From positions 246,883-310,882 of the IMG/VR virus record IMGVR_UViG_3300011559_000001: DNA of 64,000 nt. One strand, 5' to 3'. This document shows positions 1 through 10,091 of the stretch, piece by piece. A program made the translations under genes and the position numbers. The notes beneath the pieces are model-generated. The model saw only the letters and a list, made by a program, of their open reading frames with translations. It did not search any database and was not told where the DNA came from. Numbering within the stretch: the stretch's first letter is position 1; each line of letters begins with the position of its first letter. Source of the stretch: a virus (lineage: Duplodnaviria > Caudoviricetes).

Positions 1-1
1 C

Positions 2-247
2 CACCAGGAACTGCTGGTCAAGGCCTGTCAGGTGCGCTCCTCCCGGCACCGTGACTATCGCGTTCCGTTGCGCGGCAACAAGTTGGAGTTCGGCAAGTTC
101 GACTTCAACATCTTCAACCGCTCCGACGGCGCTGCGATGGCGTACCAGAACCACAAGCAGCAGTGGAACAACCCGGCGACGTACTTGGTCGACAAGCGCC
201 CGCCGCATCCGCTGGATCAGATCCTTCTGCCCAGGCCGCGCAAATGA
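2..247 (+). CDS. C-terminal end of non-virion RNA polymerase beta'-like subunit (phiKZ gp74-like), truncated at window start
   Basis: Open frame from the window edge ending RDYRVP..NRS..AMAYQ..RPPHPLDQILL; lies just upstream of the SF2 helicase as in phiKZ gp74-gp75. Confidence 0.6.
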   Translation, partial: HQELLVKACQVRSSRHRDYRVPLRGNKLEFGKFDFNIFNRSDGAAMAYQNHKQQWNNPATYLVDKRPPHPLDQILLPRPRK

Positions 248-444
248 GCGGCCTTTATTCCAGGAAGCCGAACATGCCCGAACTGTACGAAAAGCTCAGT
301 GAACTCAGTGGTATCTCCGCTGAGCGCTTGCAGGAACTGCGTGAAGGGGAAAACGTCCAGATGACGCTGGATGAAACCCAGTTGCTGGCCAACGCGCTGC
401 TGGCCCTGCCGGATCAGCAGCTTTACGGGTTGGTTGATCTGTAA
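244..444 (+). CDS. small hypothetical protein, possibly HTH-like
   Basis: ATG at 244 overlaps the upstream stop (ATGA); LSELSGISAERLQELREG resembles an HTH. Confidence 0.5.
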   Translation: MSGLYSRKPNMPELYEKLSELSGISAERLQELREGENVQMTLDETQLLANALLALPDQQLYGLVDL

Positions 445-530
445 GGTAGAAAGTGAAATGATGTGACGGTATGGCGGTGGGGTAACTCCCACCGCCCATG
501 CTGAAGGTTATTTTCATTTGGAGAATAGGA

Positions 531-2141
531 ATGTCGGCGATTTCAACGGAGCAAGCTCCACCGTCGAAAGGGTTTACTGCCGACGACATCATCAAGGCTG
601 TGATGGCACCACGGGCCCGGATCGATGTCTGGAGCCACGGCTGTCGAATCAGTGACTTCGGTGCGGAGATCCGCACCTTGATGATTGAACTCTGCCGCCA
701 AAGCTGGGGCGAGTACGGCACTGTCAGTGTGGGACGTTTCCGCACTGAGCAGAAAATCAAGCGCGTGTTTGTGGGCACGAACAAAGAACGTTCGCAGTTC
801 CACTTCCACCGCAATCAGCTGGGCTTTGTCCTGAACCGACTGGGCAAGCTGAACATCCTCGAAGACCGCCTCAATATCGTACGTCATGAGACGTACGAAC
901 CGGTCACCGTGGAACACCCCCTTAACGATGACCGACCGCCGCGCGAAAAGCAGGTACCGATCATCGAATACGTCATAGCGCCGCCAGATGCGCGCTACGC
1001 TCCGTCCAAGGTGGTCACGCTGCAAACGGGCGGGGGCAAGACGTTCCTCGCTCTGTACGCCCTGCGCAAGCTGAGCAAGCGCACCGCGATCATCCTCAAG
1101 GGCATGTACATCGACAAGTGGATTGGCGACATCGAAGGCGCATACGGCGCTGAGAAAGGTTCGCTGATGGTCATCCGTGGTATCCCGCAATTGCGGGCTG
1201 CGTTGGAGATGGCCCGCTTGGGTAATTTCAAGCCGCGCGTGGTGGTCTTCTCGCAGAAGACCATGCAGATGTATCTGCAGTACTACGAGCAGCACGGGGT
1301 GGATGAGTTCATCCCCGTCGCGCCCATGGATCTATACCAGTACTTGGGCATCGGCGTACGCCTGATCGACGAAGTCCATCAGGAGTTCCACTGCAACTTC
1401 CGCCAAGACCTGTACACGAATATCCCCCTGACCATCTCCCTCTCTGCAACCCTGGAGCCGGATCAGAAGTTCATCGAGGATATGTACCGGATCCTGTGGC
1501 CGGTGGGCACCTGGGCTCCTGAGATGGAGTATGACAAGTTCATTGCCGTCAAGGCTCTGTGGTATCGCATCCGCGAACCGGAGAAGCTGCGCTGGGTGAA
1601 CTTCATGCGTCAGTACAACCATACTGAGCTGGAGAAATCCATCTTCAAGCGCCCGCGTGTGCTTGAGGCCTACACTGACATGATCATTGACATCGTCAAC
1701 AAGACCTTTATCCAGCGCATGGAGAAGGGACAGAAGATGATCATCTACGTGGCCACGGTTCAGTTGGCAACCTTGCTGTCTGATCAATTGGCAGCCATCT
1801 ACCCGCATCTGCTGGTGAATCGTTACGTCTCTGAAGACGAATACGAGGATCTGGTGGCCGCTGACATCTCGGTGACCACCCTGCAATCGGCAGGCACTGG
1901 CGTGGACATTCCCAATCTGCGTATTAACCTTATGACGACCGCTTTGAGCAGCAAGCAGTCCAACATTCAGGTGTTGGGTCGCACGCGTCGCTTGAAGGAC
2001 TGGCCTGACGTAACTCCCGAGTTCTACTTCCTCTCGGCGCTGGACATCGACAAGCATGTTCAGTACACCAAGCAGAAGAAGGAAAAGCTTGAGGGTAAGG
2101 TTCTTTCGTTCCAGGAATTGCGAACGGATTACGTGGTGTAA
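531..2141 (+). CDS. SF2 DExH helicase (phiKZ gp75-like)
   Basis: Walker A TGGGKT, DEVH, SAT, QVLGRTRR motifs. Confidence 0.9.
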   Translation: MSAISTEQAPPSKGFTADDIIKAVMAPRARIDVWSHGCRISDFGAEIRTLMIELCRQSWGEYGTVSVGRFRTEQKIKRVFVGTNKERSQFHFHRNQLGFVLNRLGKLNILEDRLNIVRHETYEPVTVEHPLNDDRPPREKQVPIIEYVIAPPDARYAPSKVVTLQTGGGKTFLALYALRKLSKRTAIILKGMYIDKWIGDIEGAYGAEKGSLMVIRGIPQLRAALEMARLGNFKPRVVVFSQKTMQMYLQYYEQHGVDEFIPVAPMDLYQYLGIGVRLIDEVHQEFHCNFRQDLYTNIPLTISLSATLEPDQKFIEDMYRILWPVGTWAPEMEYDKFIAVKALWYRIREPEKLRWVNFMRQYNHTELEKSIFKRPRVLEAYTDMIIDIVNKTFIQRMEKGQKMIIYVATVQLATLLSDQLAAIYPHLLVNRYVSEDEYEDLVAADISVTTLQSAGTGVDIPNLRINLMTTALSSKQSNIQVLGRTRRLKDWPDVTPEFYFLSALDIDKHVQYTKQKKEKLEGKVLSFQELRTDYVV

Positions 2142-2151
2142 GGGGTGAGGT

Positions 2152-2787
2152 ATGTCGGACCAAACTGACAACGTTGTGGATGAGGTGGGTACTTTCGTCT
2201 ATGACAACCCGGAGGCTGAGTGGGCGGCGGTGTTGGCCGTCGCTCCTGCCATGGATCGCTTGCCGGATATGGTGGCCAACACCTACGAAGGTTACGGACT
2301 GCCGCAGGGCTACTCCGTAGAGGAGCTGAGGAGCCGGGTTCGCGATCGCATTCGCACCGGCTCGATCTTCGTGTTCAAGCTGATTGACAACAACGTCAAT
2401 CTGCTGTTTGAAAACTTCTCCGTCCATTTCGGTCAGGGCATCGACCTGCTGATGGACGATCTGGAAGTGGCCATGAGCTCGGACATTGAGGCCGTGGAAA
2501 ATTACACGGGCGAGGAAGTCTGTGGCAGGCTGTTTGCCTATATCGCCATGGACATCCACACCCAGAACCGGGATAAAGAAAACCCCAATTTGGACATGGT
2601 CGATGAAGAGACCGGCCTGTACAAGGACATGGACTACACCGCCTGCCGCATGCACTTGGACGATGTCCTCAAGTCGGTACGGATGACCCCTGAGTTTGCT
2701 GCTGAGGCCCGCGAGTGGGGCTTGGCCAGCATTCGAGCACAGATCTTCATGCTGGCCGAACTTCCGGCCGGTGCGCGCTTGCACTAA
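2152..2787 (+). CDS. hypothetical protein (possibly phiKZ gp77-like)
   Basis: ORF with RBS GAGG; position after the helicase. Confidence 0.6.
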   Translation: MSDQTDNVVDEVGTFVYDNPEAEWAAVLAVAPAMDRLPDMVANTYEGYGLPQGYSVEELRSRVRDRIRTGSIFVFKLIDNNVNLLFENFSVHFGQGIDLLMDDLEVAMSSDIEAVENYTGEEVCGRLFAYIAMDIHTQNRDKENPNLDMVDEETGLYKDMDYTACRMHLDDVLKSVRMTPEFAAEAREWGLASIRAQIFMLAELPAGARLH

Positions 2788-2800
2788 AACGAGAGAGACA

Positions 2801-3340
2801 ATGGAATCCACCGCACTGGCTTCTCCGGGCGAGGTACTCACCGCCCTGACCCCATCGCGCCTCCACTGGAAACAGCTGGTGTCCCGATTTGGTGAACTGG
2901 ATCAGCTGGTGCAGGCCATTGCCACCACCCCGCTTTTCCAACACTCCTACTTTGCGCTCTACGGTAGGCACGTGGAGGAAATGCTGCAAGACATCCGCTC
3001 GGCCACCAGCTTGCTGCTGTGTAACATGTTCACCCAGGCCGAGTTGGACGCTTTCAAGGAACGCGACGTGCTGCACTACGTCAACCAAGGACTGGCGTTG
3101 GCTGTACCCCACCTGCGTAAGCGGTTGGTCACGGTCGATCAAAGTCGCTGTGTTGAGGTGTGCCGGATGGCATGCTTTGGCTTTATCTTCAAGCAGATTG
3201 CGGAGGACCTAGCGGATCCTCGCCCCTTGCTCACCGAACTGGTGGAGCAGTTGGAGATCGAACCCAGCCAACGGATGTCCCTGATCGCTTCGGTGGTCAC
3301 GTTGTTCTGCCCGCAGTCGCGTAGCTTCACCCTACATTAG
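2801..3340 (+). CDS. hypothetical protein
   Basis: ATG after a purine-rich leader; followed by a terminator. Confidence 0.6.
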   Translation: MESTALASPGEVLTALTPSRLHWKQLVSRFGELDQLVQAIATTPLFQHSYFALYGRHVEEMLQDIRSATSLLLCNMFTQAELDAFKERDVLHYVNQGLALAVPHLRKRLVTVDQSRCVEVCRMACFGFIFKQIAEDLADPRPLLTELVEQLEIEPSQRMSLIASVVTLFCPQSRSFTLH

Positions 3341-3343
3341 TCG

Positions 3344-3383
3344 CCCACCTCGTACCGCTAGTCACGGTGCGGGGTGGGTTTTT
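3344..3383 (+). terminator. intrinsic terminator
   Basis: CCCACCTCGTACC/GGTGCGGGGTGGG stem followed by T5. Confidence 0.75.
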
Positions 3384-3405
3384 GCTCGCTATACAAGGAG
3401 AGAGA

Positions 3406-3948
3406 ATGACCAGCTTCCACGATAAGAAACCGTCCCAGAAGATCAAGGACATGATGGCGATGTTACCACCGGTGCCCAATCACTGGCATGGCCGTCCGGT
3501 CACCACGCTGTTCCGGGTTCTGGATAGCAGCGGCGGACGGGTACTGTTCACCCAGTGGGAGGAGGATGACCACAGCGACCGACCCTCGGAAGGTATTGCT
3601 GTCTTCCCGCCGGGCTTCAAGGCGGGTGTGGTTCACTCCGATGGTGAGGTCCGCGGTATCGCCGACATTGGCTGTAGTCGCATGGTCATGATGAGCTACC
3701 AGTCCGGCTGGCTCATCACCGTGTTGGAGCTGCCCGAGGCTTGGCCGGTCACTATCGATCCCCAGCGCCTTGCCGCACGCATTACCAAGGAATTGACGCC
3801 TGAGTCCCTGCAGCAGGAGATGATCCTGCGGGTCATGGGTGATGTCCCGCGCAGCTATGAGGAATACCTCACCTGCGTCCACGACTACCACCGCCACCTT
3901 CAGCGCCAGCATCCGCATTACGACGAACCCTCCATCACTTACGCCTGA
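3406..3948 (+). CDS. hypothetical protein
   Basis: AAGGAG RBS before ATG 3406. Confidence 0.6.
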   Translation: MTSFHDKKPSQKIKDMMAMLPPVPNHWHGRPVTTLFRVLDSSGGRVLFTQWEEDDHSDRPSEGIAVFPPGFKAGVVHSDGEVRGIADIGCSRMVMMSYQSGWLITVLELPEAWPVTIDPQRLAARITKELTPESLQQEMILRVMGDVPRSYEEYLTCVHDYHRHLQRQHPHYDEPSITYA

Positions 3949-3976
3949 GTCTAGGCTCGCACGAAAACAAGGCCCG

Positions 3977-4372
3977 ATGAAAAACAACAATACCTTGTCT
4001 CGCATTCGGCAGACTTTGCTGCCGATGGCCTGCAGCCTGATGGAGAAGAGCCCGCATCTCCAGGAGTTGCAAGAGGGAGCCATCTTGCAGTTGAAGGTGG
4101 TCAACAACTTCAAGGCGGTGTTCCAGTGGTTTGGGGAGCACGGTACGGGAGAGGAGCTGTTCATGGCCCTCACTCAGAAAGAGCCGGCGCCCCTGCTCAA
4201 TGAAGTGTACGTGGTCACCAAGGTCCGCAATCCATTCATGCGTTTCTGGCGCAAGCACACCATCGGTGGCAAGTACTACCTGAAGCTGGTGGAGCCGGGG
4301 TTCAATGAGAACCTGCGGATTTACTTCTCCGACACGCTCAAGTCCTTCAAGTACCGCGAAGTGATGTTCTAA
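3977..4372 (+). CDS. hypothetical protein
   Basis: ORF with phage-like codon usage ending at a bidirectional hairpin. Confidence 0.55.
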   Translation: MKNNNTLSRIRQTLLPMACSLMEKSPHLQELQEGAILQLKVVNNFKAVFQWFGEHGTGEELFMALTQKEPAPLLNEVYVVTKVRNPFMRFWRKHTIGGKYYLKLVEPGFNENLRIYFSDTLKSFKYREVMF

Positions 4373-4375
4373 GCG

Positions 4376-4416
4376 GCATAGCGCCCCAGTACCCTTGACG
4401 GGTACTGGGGCGTATG
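4376..4416. terminator. bidirectional hairpin terminator
   Basis: GC hairpin flanked by GCATA/TATG between convergent genes. Confidence 0.7.
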
Positions 4417-4431
4417 TGCTGCCTATTCTTT

Positions 4432-6210
4432 TTAGGCAGCTTCCAGCATGGGCGCTGGGGTGGGGGACGGGTCAGACGGGTGCTGCTTGTCGAACTCGGC
4501 CAACAGATCATTGAAGCTCGGGGCTGCATAGATTTGCTGACAGATTTCAACGGCGTTAACGAAGCCGCCAGAGAGGTTCACACCGACCGCGCGGCGATAG
4601 ATCTCATGGACCCCTTGGATGTAGCACAGCTCCTGCGCAGTGGTCTGCTTGGAGATGTTCATCAGGATCTCAACGTTGGGATAGGTACCTTCCACGTCAA
4701 GGTCGGCCACGTGTGCACGCACATAGCTGCGCACGTCCGGCAAGTCCTCAAACAGGCACAAGCCGTTTTCCTCCACCAGATGGGAGGGTAGGGTGACGAT
4801 CCAGTCGGTGATGTCGATCACATGCTGGTCGTTGTCATCCACCATCTTGTTGGAGGTGGAGGCGCACACCAAGTTGTTGTCCAAAGCCAGGAAGTGCAAG
4901 TCGTCACAGGTACGACGCGGCTGGCTGGGGAAACGCTTGTACTCGGAGTGGGCACACATCAGAGAGATCATCGACTGCAAGTCGGTAGTCTTCTCATCGA
5001 GCATCTCAACGGAAATACAGTCAAACAGGTTGTAGATGCAGTATTCGACCTTGTACTTGGTCTGCATCTCCTTGTGCCAGCTGGGGCCAGAGAGATGATC
5101 GCACTGCTTGAACTTCAGCTTGCGAATACCAAGCACCTTGTTCAAGATCGCATCCAGCGAATACGACGGTTCCTTACCGCCGGCAATACGCAGCTTCAGA
5201 TAGACGCACATCGCATCCAGTGCGTACCACTTGGCCGGGGTGATCACTTCGTGCCAGCGCTCAGCCGGCGCCAGAGCCATGGTCTTACCCGAAGCGGTAA
5301 CCTTCTGGGAGGGACCTTGCTTGTACTCAAACTGCTTGAACGGTTCGGGGATCTCAGGATCGGAGAACACGTGGGCCAGGTTGTAGCCACGCTTGTCCAA
5401 GGCCTGGATCATCTTGTTCATATCGAAGTCGATGTTCCAAAACGCCATGATGTCAGGTGACCACTCATGGGCTGTTTCAATCACCCGCTTGGCCGCTTGG
5501 CCGGCATCGTCGACGAACTCGATTTCCAGCTTGATACCACGCTGCTTGACCAGATCCACTTGGATCGTCTGGCCCTTCTTCTTCGGGTCCGGCGCAGTCA
5601 TGTCGCCCAGGTAGTACTGGAACTGACGCTGGATCTCAACTTCCGGATCACGGACCCCATTGAGGAACTCACGCACCACGATCAGGCGCGCTTGACCCTT
5701 CATGGTGATCGAGGCCATGATGATTTCTTCATGCCCGTGGATCATGTCCGTTTCGGTATCGACCACCGCCACCTTGTTGTTGGACACCCGATGGGGCCAC
5801 TTGGTCAGGTGATGATGCTTGGCCAATACGCAGGAGTTGACGTCAGTACCGTAGACGTACGGAGACTGTGCCACCTGACGCAGGTCCATCCGTCCGCTGG
5901 GGAAGCGGCCCAGCTTGCGCATGATGTCCGCGCACAGGTCAGACTCGGTGGCCTTGTGCATGACCAGCCGCTCCTGCTTCTCCCACTCCTTCTTGTCCTT
6001 GTGGTTCTGGTAGATCTCTTTGGTGATCCAGTACGGCCGCTTCTGGTTGTAGATCTGACGCAGTCGGCTGTACGGCTCCCGGCCATCCATGGGGTAGACG
6101 TTTTCCTTCAACAGCAACAGGTCATTGTTACTGCCATCCTGAGCGGTGAAGTACAAGGCGTGCTTGCACTCCAACTCATCAGTCTTGGAAGGCTTTTGTT
6201 GCTCACTCAT
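4432..6210 (-). CDS. split family-B DNA polymerase, exonuclease subunit (phiKZ gp82-like)
   Basis: Exo motifs VVDTETD, WNIDFD, YNLFD plus a motif-A-like DLDVEGTYP near the C-terminus. Confidence 0.8.
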   Translation of the reverse strand: MSEQQKPSKTDELECKHALYFTAQDGSNNDLLLLKENVYPMDGREPYSRLRQIYNQKRPYWITKEIYQNHKDKKEWEKQERLVMHKATESDLCADIMRKLGRFPSGRMDLRQVAQSPYVYGTDVNSCVLAKHHHLTKWPHRVSNNKVAVVDTETDMIHGHEEIIMASITMKGQARLIVVREFLNGVRDPEVEIQRQFQYYLGDMTAPDPKKKGQTIQVDLVKQRGIKLEIEFVDDAGQAAKRVIETAHEWSPDIMAFWNIDFDMNKMIQALDKRGYNLAHVFSDPEIPEPFKQFEYKQGPSQKVTASGKTMALAPAERWHEVITPAKWYALDAMCVYLKLRIAGGKEPSYSLDAILNKVLGIRKLKFKQCDHLSGPSWHKEMQTKYKVEYCIYNLFDCISVEMLDEKTTDLQSMISLMCAHSEYKRFPSQPRRTCDDLHFLALDNNLVCASTSNKMVDDNDQHVIDITDWIVTLPSHLVEENGLCLFEDLPDVRSYVRAHVADLDVEGTYPNVEILMNISKQTTAQELCYIQGVHEIYRRAVGVNLSGGFVNAVEICQQIYAAPSFNDLLAEFDKQHPSDPSPTPAPMLEAA

Positions 6211-6296
6211 TCTCGATTACCTGCTTTTACCTTGCCCGGTATAGTATTGATATGAAGCATATCTTTTCACTTTCCCTTTAACCTTGAGGCACCCAC

Positions 6297-7616
6297 ATGA
6301 AAAATGTGCCATTGCCGAGGGTCTCACTTGAAGCCATTTCCTACCAAGGAAAGTCGTTGCTGTATTTCGACTTGGTGGCTTTGGTGGACAACCTCAGGCT
6401 TCAGCCCGATCTGAGCCAGCGTTCGCTGGACGGTTCGGGCCTGTCTGCAATCATCAAGAAGCGTACCAAGATGAACGTCATCGTCCGACTGCAGTCGGAC
6501 GGCCAGGATGATGGGTACTTCTACGCCGAACCGCCCCTGTTGGATGCGGGCAATCCCTTCTACGAGTTGATCTCCAAAATCAGCTCGGCAGATGAACGCT
6601 CCCATGCCATCGACCGCTACCAGCGCGCTGTGCGGTTGGCCAAGGAAAGCACCGGTTGGGTGGATCTGAAGCTGGGGCAAGTCGGCGGTCTGTTGGCCAC
6701 GCTGCCCTGCTACCTCTACCTGTCGCGTGATCTGATCTACGACCGCAACTACAGCTCCGAAGAGCTGGCGGCAATGATCCTGCACGAGCTGGGTCACATC
6801 TACTCCTTCTTCGAGACCTTGTGGTACACCTCGGTCAGCAACATGGTGATCTCCACGGCGGTGGATGCCATGAAGACCGAAGCTGATACCACGGTCCGGA
6901 TCAAGCTGGTCTCCCAAGCACTGGGTGCCTTTGGTACGGTCGATCCGGAAGCGGCCAGTCTGATTGGCGGTGCAGCTGATGAAACCAGTCAGCGCGTGCT
7001 GTTCCTGAAGACCTTCGAAGAAGGCGAGCGTCAGCGCGTCAAGCAACTGGTCGATCGCGACGATACCTACAACGTGCGCTCGATTGAGTTCATGGCCGAT
7101 CAGTTCGCCGTGCGTCACGGTGCTACGCTGGCCCTGGCCAATGCACAGCACAAGATGGCCATGCGTACCCGCTCCGGTTACGGTATCAACCACAGTAGCT
7201 TCCTGGCCGCCCAGGCGGTCCGCTACGCCCTGTTGGCCGGCGTAAGCTACGTTGTCCCGCCCTTGGGCTTGGTGATCGGTGTGGTGGCCTCTCTGCTCCA
7301 AGCAGCGCAGGTAGCCAACGACGACGTCAACCCGGACCCGATCGAACGCCTGACGCGTTTGAAGGGCGATCTGGTACAGCTGCTCAAGAACACCCGCCTG
7401 TCCCCGCAGATGCGCAAGCAGATCCTGCAGGACATCGAAGCGTTGGACGCCCTGCGTACCACGATGAAAGAAAACGGCGGCCTGTTCCGATTCATCTGGC
7501 GCAACGTGGCTCCGGCCGGTCGCAGGCGCTCGACGCTGCGCGAAATGCAGAAGGGGTTGGAAGACCTCATCAACAACGACCTTTTCACCCAAGCAGCGCG
7601 CATCCGCTCGTTGTAA
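6297..7616 (+). CDS. virion head protein with zincin-like HExxH motif (phiKZ gp83/84-like)
   Basis: N-terminal VSLE site, ILHELGH, EFMADQFA, C-terminal hydrophobic segment. Confidence 0.6.
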   Translation: MKNVPLPRVSLEAISYQGKSLLYFDLVALVDNLRLQPDLSQRSLDGSGLSAIIKKRTKMNVIVRLQSDGQDDGYFYAEPPLLDAGNPFYELISKISSADERSHAIDRYQRAVRLAKESTGWVDLKLGQVGGLLATLPCYLYLSRDLIYDRNYSSEELAAMILHELGHIYSFFETLWYTSVSNMVISTAVDAMKTEADTTVRIKLVSQALGAFGTVDPEAASLIGGAADETSQRVLFLKTFEEGERQRVKQLVDRDDTYNVRSIEFMADQFAVRHGATLALANAQHKMAMRTRSGYGINHSSFLAAQAVRYALLAGVSYVVPPLGLVIGVVASLLQAAQVANDDVNPDPIERLTRLKGDLVQLLKNTRLSPQMRKQILQDIEALDALRTTMKENGGLFRFIWRNVAPAGRRRSTLREMQKGLEDLINNDLFTQAARIRSL

Positions 7617-7635
7617 CAACCCTTAGGACACTTCA

Positions 7636-8055
7636 ATGAAGATCAACGTTTCCGACATCGCCTCCACCATCAACGAACTGGGCATCCCCTTCGAAGCCCA
7701 GTCGCGCTACCTGGTGGCTGCTCTGGCCCGCGTGCTGGCCTACATGCTGCCGATCCCGGCCAACAACGTGGCCGGCACTCCCGGCGAGATGTTCCAGTCC
7801 ACCTACGGTGCGCAGGTCACTGCCGCCCTGGACGCGCTGAACGAGCGCATGCCGGTGGACTACCAGCAGGTGCTGGAGCTGACCCAGAAGATCTGGGAAG
7901 TGCGCTACCACCTGGTGCACCCGAACCGCGACGCCCAGGCATGGGCGGCCATCGACTGCTGCGTGCAGAAGGCCAACCTGGGCTTTGAGATCGACTTCAC
8001 CGACGCTGCCCTGCAGCGCCTGGGCCAGGTGATCACCCAAGGCGTGGAAGGCTAA
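7636..8055 (+). CDS. putative virion protein (phiKZ gp85-like)
   Basis: AGGA RBS, strongly biased codons, synteny. Confidence 0.55.
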   Translation: MKINVSDIASTINELGIPFEAQSRYLVAALARVLAYMLPIPANNVAGTPGEMFQSTYGAQVTAALDALNERMPVDYQQVLELTQKIWEVRYHLVHPNRDAQAWAAIDCCVQKANLGFEIDFTDAALQRLGQVITQGVEG

Positions 8056-8056
8056 C

Positions 8057-9007
8057 GTGTCCGGCGGTGACACCACCGCCGTGCCCGAACTGTCGCTGGG
8101 CCAGCTGGAGGGCAACCTCCAGCTGGTTATGGCCGTTCGTGCCCAAATCGAAAAGACCGGTACGGTCCACCGCGAACAAATGCGCGTGGCCTGTGAGTCG
8201 ATCGGTTTGGAACTGCCGGCGGATCTGCCTCTGAACTCCTACACCCAAGTGCCCTCGACCACCAACCTGGAACGCACCAAGCATGTGCTCACTGCGCATC
8301 AGGAAAAGGCGTTGGTCAACTTGGTAGGCAGCTTCAAGCGCAATGCGACCCAAACTTGGGGGAAGATCCAAGACGGTCGCTTCCGCGCCTATCCGGACCT
8401 GCGTCCGAAGTTGAACCATCTGCAGAGGGTGGCCTCGCGCTACGATGGTCTTGATGTGGCTAACACGGTTGATCGGGATGAGCCGGCTATCAAGGCCGAA
8501 TGCGATCTGATCAGCCATGTGATGGACACGCTGAGGAGTCTCAACCAGCTGGGTCAGGATTCGATCTGTCCCTTCACTGGTCTGCGTCGGGAAGCCGAAC
8601 AGGTCTTGGTCCACATCAACGAAGCCATCGCCACCAAGCTGCACTTCCAAGGCGATGCTGCGGTGGAGCAGTTCGTTGCGATGATCGGCAAGTTCACCTG
8701 CAAGGTCTCTGCAGCCAGTTACTCGGAGGTGGAGAACGCTCTCAGTGCCGACGGTATCGTACAGGCCGTGACGGAAGCTGGCCAGCACTATGAAGGTCCG
8801 ATTGCTCCCCAAGTGGAGACGATCGAGCTGGATCTGGAAAGTCTCTCTGAACAACAGGTGCTGGAATCGCAACTGGGTAAGGTACTCGATGCCATCAACG
8901 AGTTCATCTTCTACAGCTGGAAGGTGGATGATGCGTTTGCCCAAGCCACCAACACGGCTGTGGAAACGGCCAAGAGCCTGTACCATCTGAAGGTACTGAC
9001 GGCATAA
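8057..9007 (+). CDS. putative virion protein (phiKZ gp86-like)
   Basis: GTG start directly after the upstream stop; LNSYT..PS.TN segment; synteny. Confidence 0.5.
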   Translation: MSGGDTTAVPELSLGQLEGNLQLVMAVRAQIEKTGTVHREQMRVACESIGLELPADLPLNSYTQVPSTTNLERTKHVLTAHQEKALVNLVGSFKRNATQTWGKIQDGRFRAYPDLRPKLNHLQRVASRYDGLDVANTVDRDEPAIKAECDLISHVMDTLRSLNQLGQDSICPFTGLRREAEQVLVHINEAIATKLHFQGDAAVEQFVAMIGKFTCKVSAASYSEVENALSADGIVQAVTEAGQHYEGPIAPQVETIELDLESLSEQQVLESQLGKVLDAINEFIFYSWKVDDAFAQATNTAVETAKSLYHLKVLTA

Positions 9008-9040
9008 AAGCCAGCCCCGCAAGGGGCTGGTCTTTATAGC
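9002..9040. terminator. bidirectional hairpin terminator
   Basis: CCAGCCCC-GCAA-GGGGCTGG between convergent genes. Confidence 0.7.
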
Positions 9041-9042
9041 GC

Positions 9043-9474
9043 TTAGATCAGCGGGGCCGGGATGGCCGGCAACGGCTGCGCCAGCTTCTTGGCCTTGGTC
9101 TGGCCCTTCTTGACCGTCGCCCTGGTGACGTTGTCGACCGTGGTCTTGGCCGCAGCCTTCTTGTCGGTCGGTGCCATCTTCGACAAGGTACGATTCACTT
9201 CGTTGACGATCCTCAAACTCGCTTCGCGCTTCTGGCGCGCCTTCTCACGCCGCCGTCGCAAGACGTCCTGATAGTCGTTCCAAGCATAGCGGGCCTTCTC
9301 AGCCTCATGCCAGTTGGTGGGCATGCCGTCGCTGGCGACCTTGAAGTTCTTACCCCGCAGGAAGTTGGGATCCAGAGTCAACGTGTTGACCCACGTCGGC
9401 TTGCGCTTGGCGAAAGCCTCGCCGACGCGCCTGCCATTGGCCCGGCTGTAATAGATAGTAACGTGCTTGCTCAT
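9043..9474 (-). CDS. very basic hypothetical protein
   Basis: ATG at 9474 (MSKHVTIYY...), K/R-rich, 143 aa. Confidence 0.55.
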   Translation of the reverse strand: MSKHVTIYYSRANGRRVGEAFAKRKPTWVNTLTLDPNFLRGKNFKVASDGMPTNWHEAEKARYAWNDYQDVLRRRREKARQKREASLRIVNEVNRTLSKMAPTDKKAAAKTTVDNVTRATVKKGQTKAKKLAQPLPAIPAPLI

Positions 9475-9576
9475 GGGATCCCCCGGAATGTGAGTACGTA
9501 TATGACACATGTGTTTCCCATGCCGTAAAGAAAAACGGATCCCCGTAAACTTTTGACATTCCGCAGGATTATCCCA

Positions 9577-10047
9577 ATGAGCAACACCTTCAGCACCAAC
9601 ACCGCATTGTTCCCGCCGGAGCAGCAGATCATCCTGCAAGCCGTACAGGATCGTCTGGACGAATATGTCCTCAAGATGGCTCCGGGTCGTCCGATCTCCT
9701 CGGCCGATGGTTCCTTCCAGCAGCGCCAGCTCTGGCAGGGTGTGATCCTGGCACTGCTCAAGCTGCCGGCACCGTCCTTCCTGGCCGGCTGGACCAGCTT
9801 CCTCAACTTCGTCAACGTGCACCGCAAGGGCGCGTTCAGTCCGGCCTATATCCATCGCTTCCGCGAGGAGACCCAGCTGGGCATGAGCGATCGTCGCAAC
9901 TTCGAGCGCCTGCTGCACCTGGCCTACGTCTCGGCTGATCCGGGCACCCGTGCGCTGGCCATGAAGCAGGTGGACATGCATCAGATCCTTTCGATGCTGC
10001 CCTCTGAAGACATGCGCCAGAAGTTCGTGGAGTTCTACTCCCTGTAA
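9577..10047 (+). CDS. conserved phage protein (possibly phiKZ gp79-like)
   Basis: AGGA RBS; near the virion RNAP beta' gene. Confidence 0.55.
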   Translation: MSNTFSTNTALFPPEQQIILQAVQDRLDEYVLKMAPGRPISSADGSFQQRQLWQGVILALLKLPAPSFLAGWTSFLNFVNVHRKGAFSPAYIHRFREETQLGMSDRRNFERLLHLAYVSADPGTRALAMKQVDMHQILSMLPSEDMRQKFVEFYSL

Positions 10048-10050
10048 CTG

Positions 10051-10086
10051 GTATAGACCCCCGCCCCGAAGGGCGGGGGCTTATGC
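10051..10086. terminator. bidirectional hairpin terminator
   Basis: CCCCCGCCC-CGAA-GGGCGGGGG followed by CTTATGC. Confidence 0.75.
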
Positions 10087-10091
10087 TGGCC

